Source: Mobula hypostoma (Eukaryota). Taken from it: 64,000 nt of DNA. The number at the start of each line of letters is the position of its first letter. Positions within the stretch are counted from its first letter, which is position 1. Location: NCBI RefSeq assembly GCF_963921235.1, contig NC_086097.1, positions 59,584,001 through 59,648,000 on the forward strand. Reading direction: 5' to 3'. This document shows, piece by piece, positions 63,326 through 64,000 of this stretch. Made by a program: the position numbers and the translations under genes. The notes under the pieces were generated by a model. It was not told the DNA's origin. It was given only the letters and a program-made list of their open reading frames with translations, and did not search any database.

Positions 63326-64000
63326 GTATAAATACTCTGGCTCGGCCCAGTAAAAGAGTAACGAGCCAACTTTTTCAAAGTTTGTCTGGGAAAATCTTTC
63401 AGTTACAAAGTTTTTAAATTGCATTTTGTTTACTGTGTTTTTACTCTCAGATGGTGGAGAGAATGCAATTGATTAGAACTGGACGAAATATGATATATAA
63501 AAAGACTATTAATATGAACCTGATTCATTGATTTATAGTCCCAAGATCCAATTAAAATTAGAGGGTAATGTCTGCATATCAGTGACTGATAGCAAATTTG
63601 ATAACTTTTTGGATATCAGACAGCATTTAGCAGATTTGAGTTCTTATTTTACAGTTTTTTTTGTTTTGCTATGAACAATTATAATTGTAGGTTTTGCTTT
63701 GATCTAAGCCTCTGTTTTGCACTCCCTCTCCCTACATTGCCTGAATAAGGAAACTTCAGCTCTTTTCTCTTTGTTGGCCTAGTATCTGTGATAGATAATC
63801 AATACAAAGTCACAATGTCCGAATTATATTCTAGGTGGGTAAACAGAATTTCCAATAAATACTATTAGTTACATTTCACTTCAAAAGAGTTTTCAGAGAG
63901 AACAAGGTTTCAAGGAAATTGCATGTTTACAATGAAGAGGAAATAGGAGGAGCTTTAGAGATGTCAAAGAGCATCTTTTTGATTATACTTATTGCATAAT

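Noticed and set aside
1..64000. Prokaryotic systems (CRISPR arrays, operons, defence islands)
   Set aside because: There is no regularly spaced repeat-spacer array and no gene-dense organisation. The content is vertebrate retroelement debris.

Overview
This is eukaryotic, repeat-dominated vertebrate DNA. It is most likely from a cartilaginous fish (ray or shark); that is an inference from the mix of V-domain (HE1-like) SINEs, CR1, Rex1/Babar, L2 and Penelope elements. I recognise no host protein-coding gene, rRNA, tRNA gene or CRISPR array, so the window looks intronic or intergenic. Every ORF I can assign to a family is a decayed transposon ORF, and the rest look like chance ORFs. The main structures are: (1) a 16-kb nested stack (about 29.1-45.2 kb) in which an old L2 LINE is split by a two-LTR Gypsy element, a Rex1 fragment and a second Rex1 that itself contains a near-full-length CR1; (2) the Gypsy element, which has 882-bp LTRs, a tRNA-Leu(TAA) primer binding site (PBS), a polypurine tract (PPT), gag, protease and integrase, but has lost RT and most of RNase H through an in-frame deletion; (3) Penelope elements carrying minimal hammerhead ribozymes, plus hairpin mini-elements derived from them; (4) an R4/Dong-like element in TAA repeats with nested CR1 and Penelope insertions; (5) an RTE fragment with a perfect target-site duplication (TSD), a solo LTR, and ORF-less retroposons with an AAGATGGCG head and LINE-like tails. 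Family calls come from motif recognition by eye with no database search, and boundaries of decayed repeats are approximate. I found no clear evidence of a wholly new biological system. The best leads are the RT-less Gypsy, the ribozyme-bearing mini-elements and the ORF-less retroposons.
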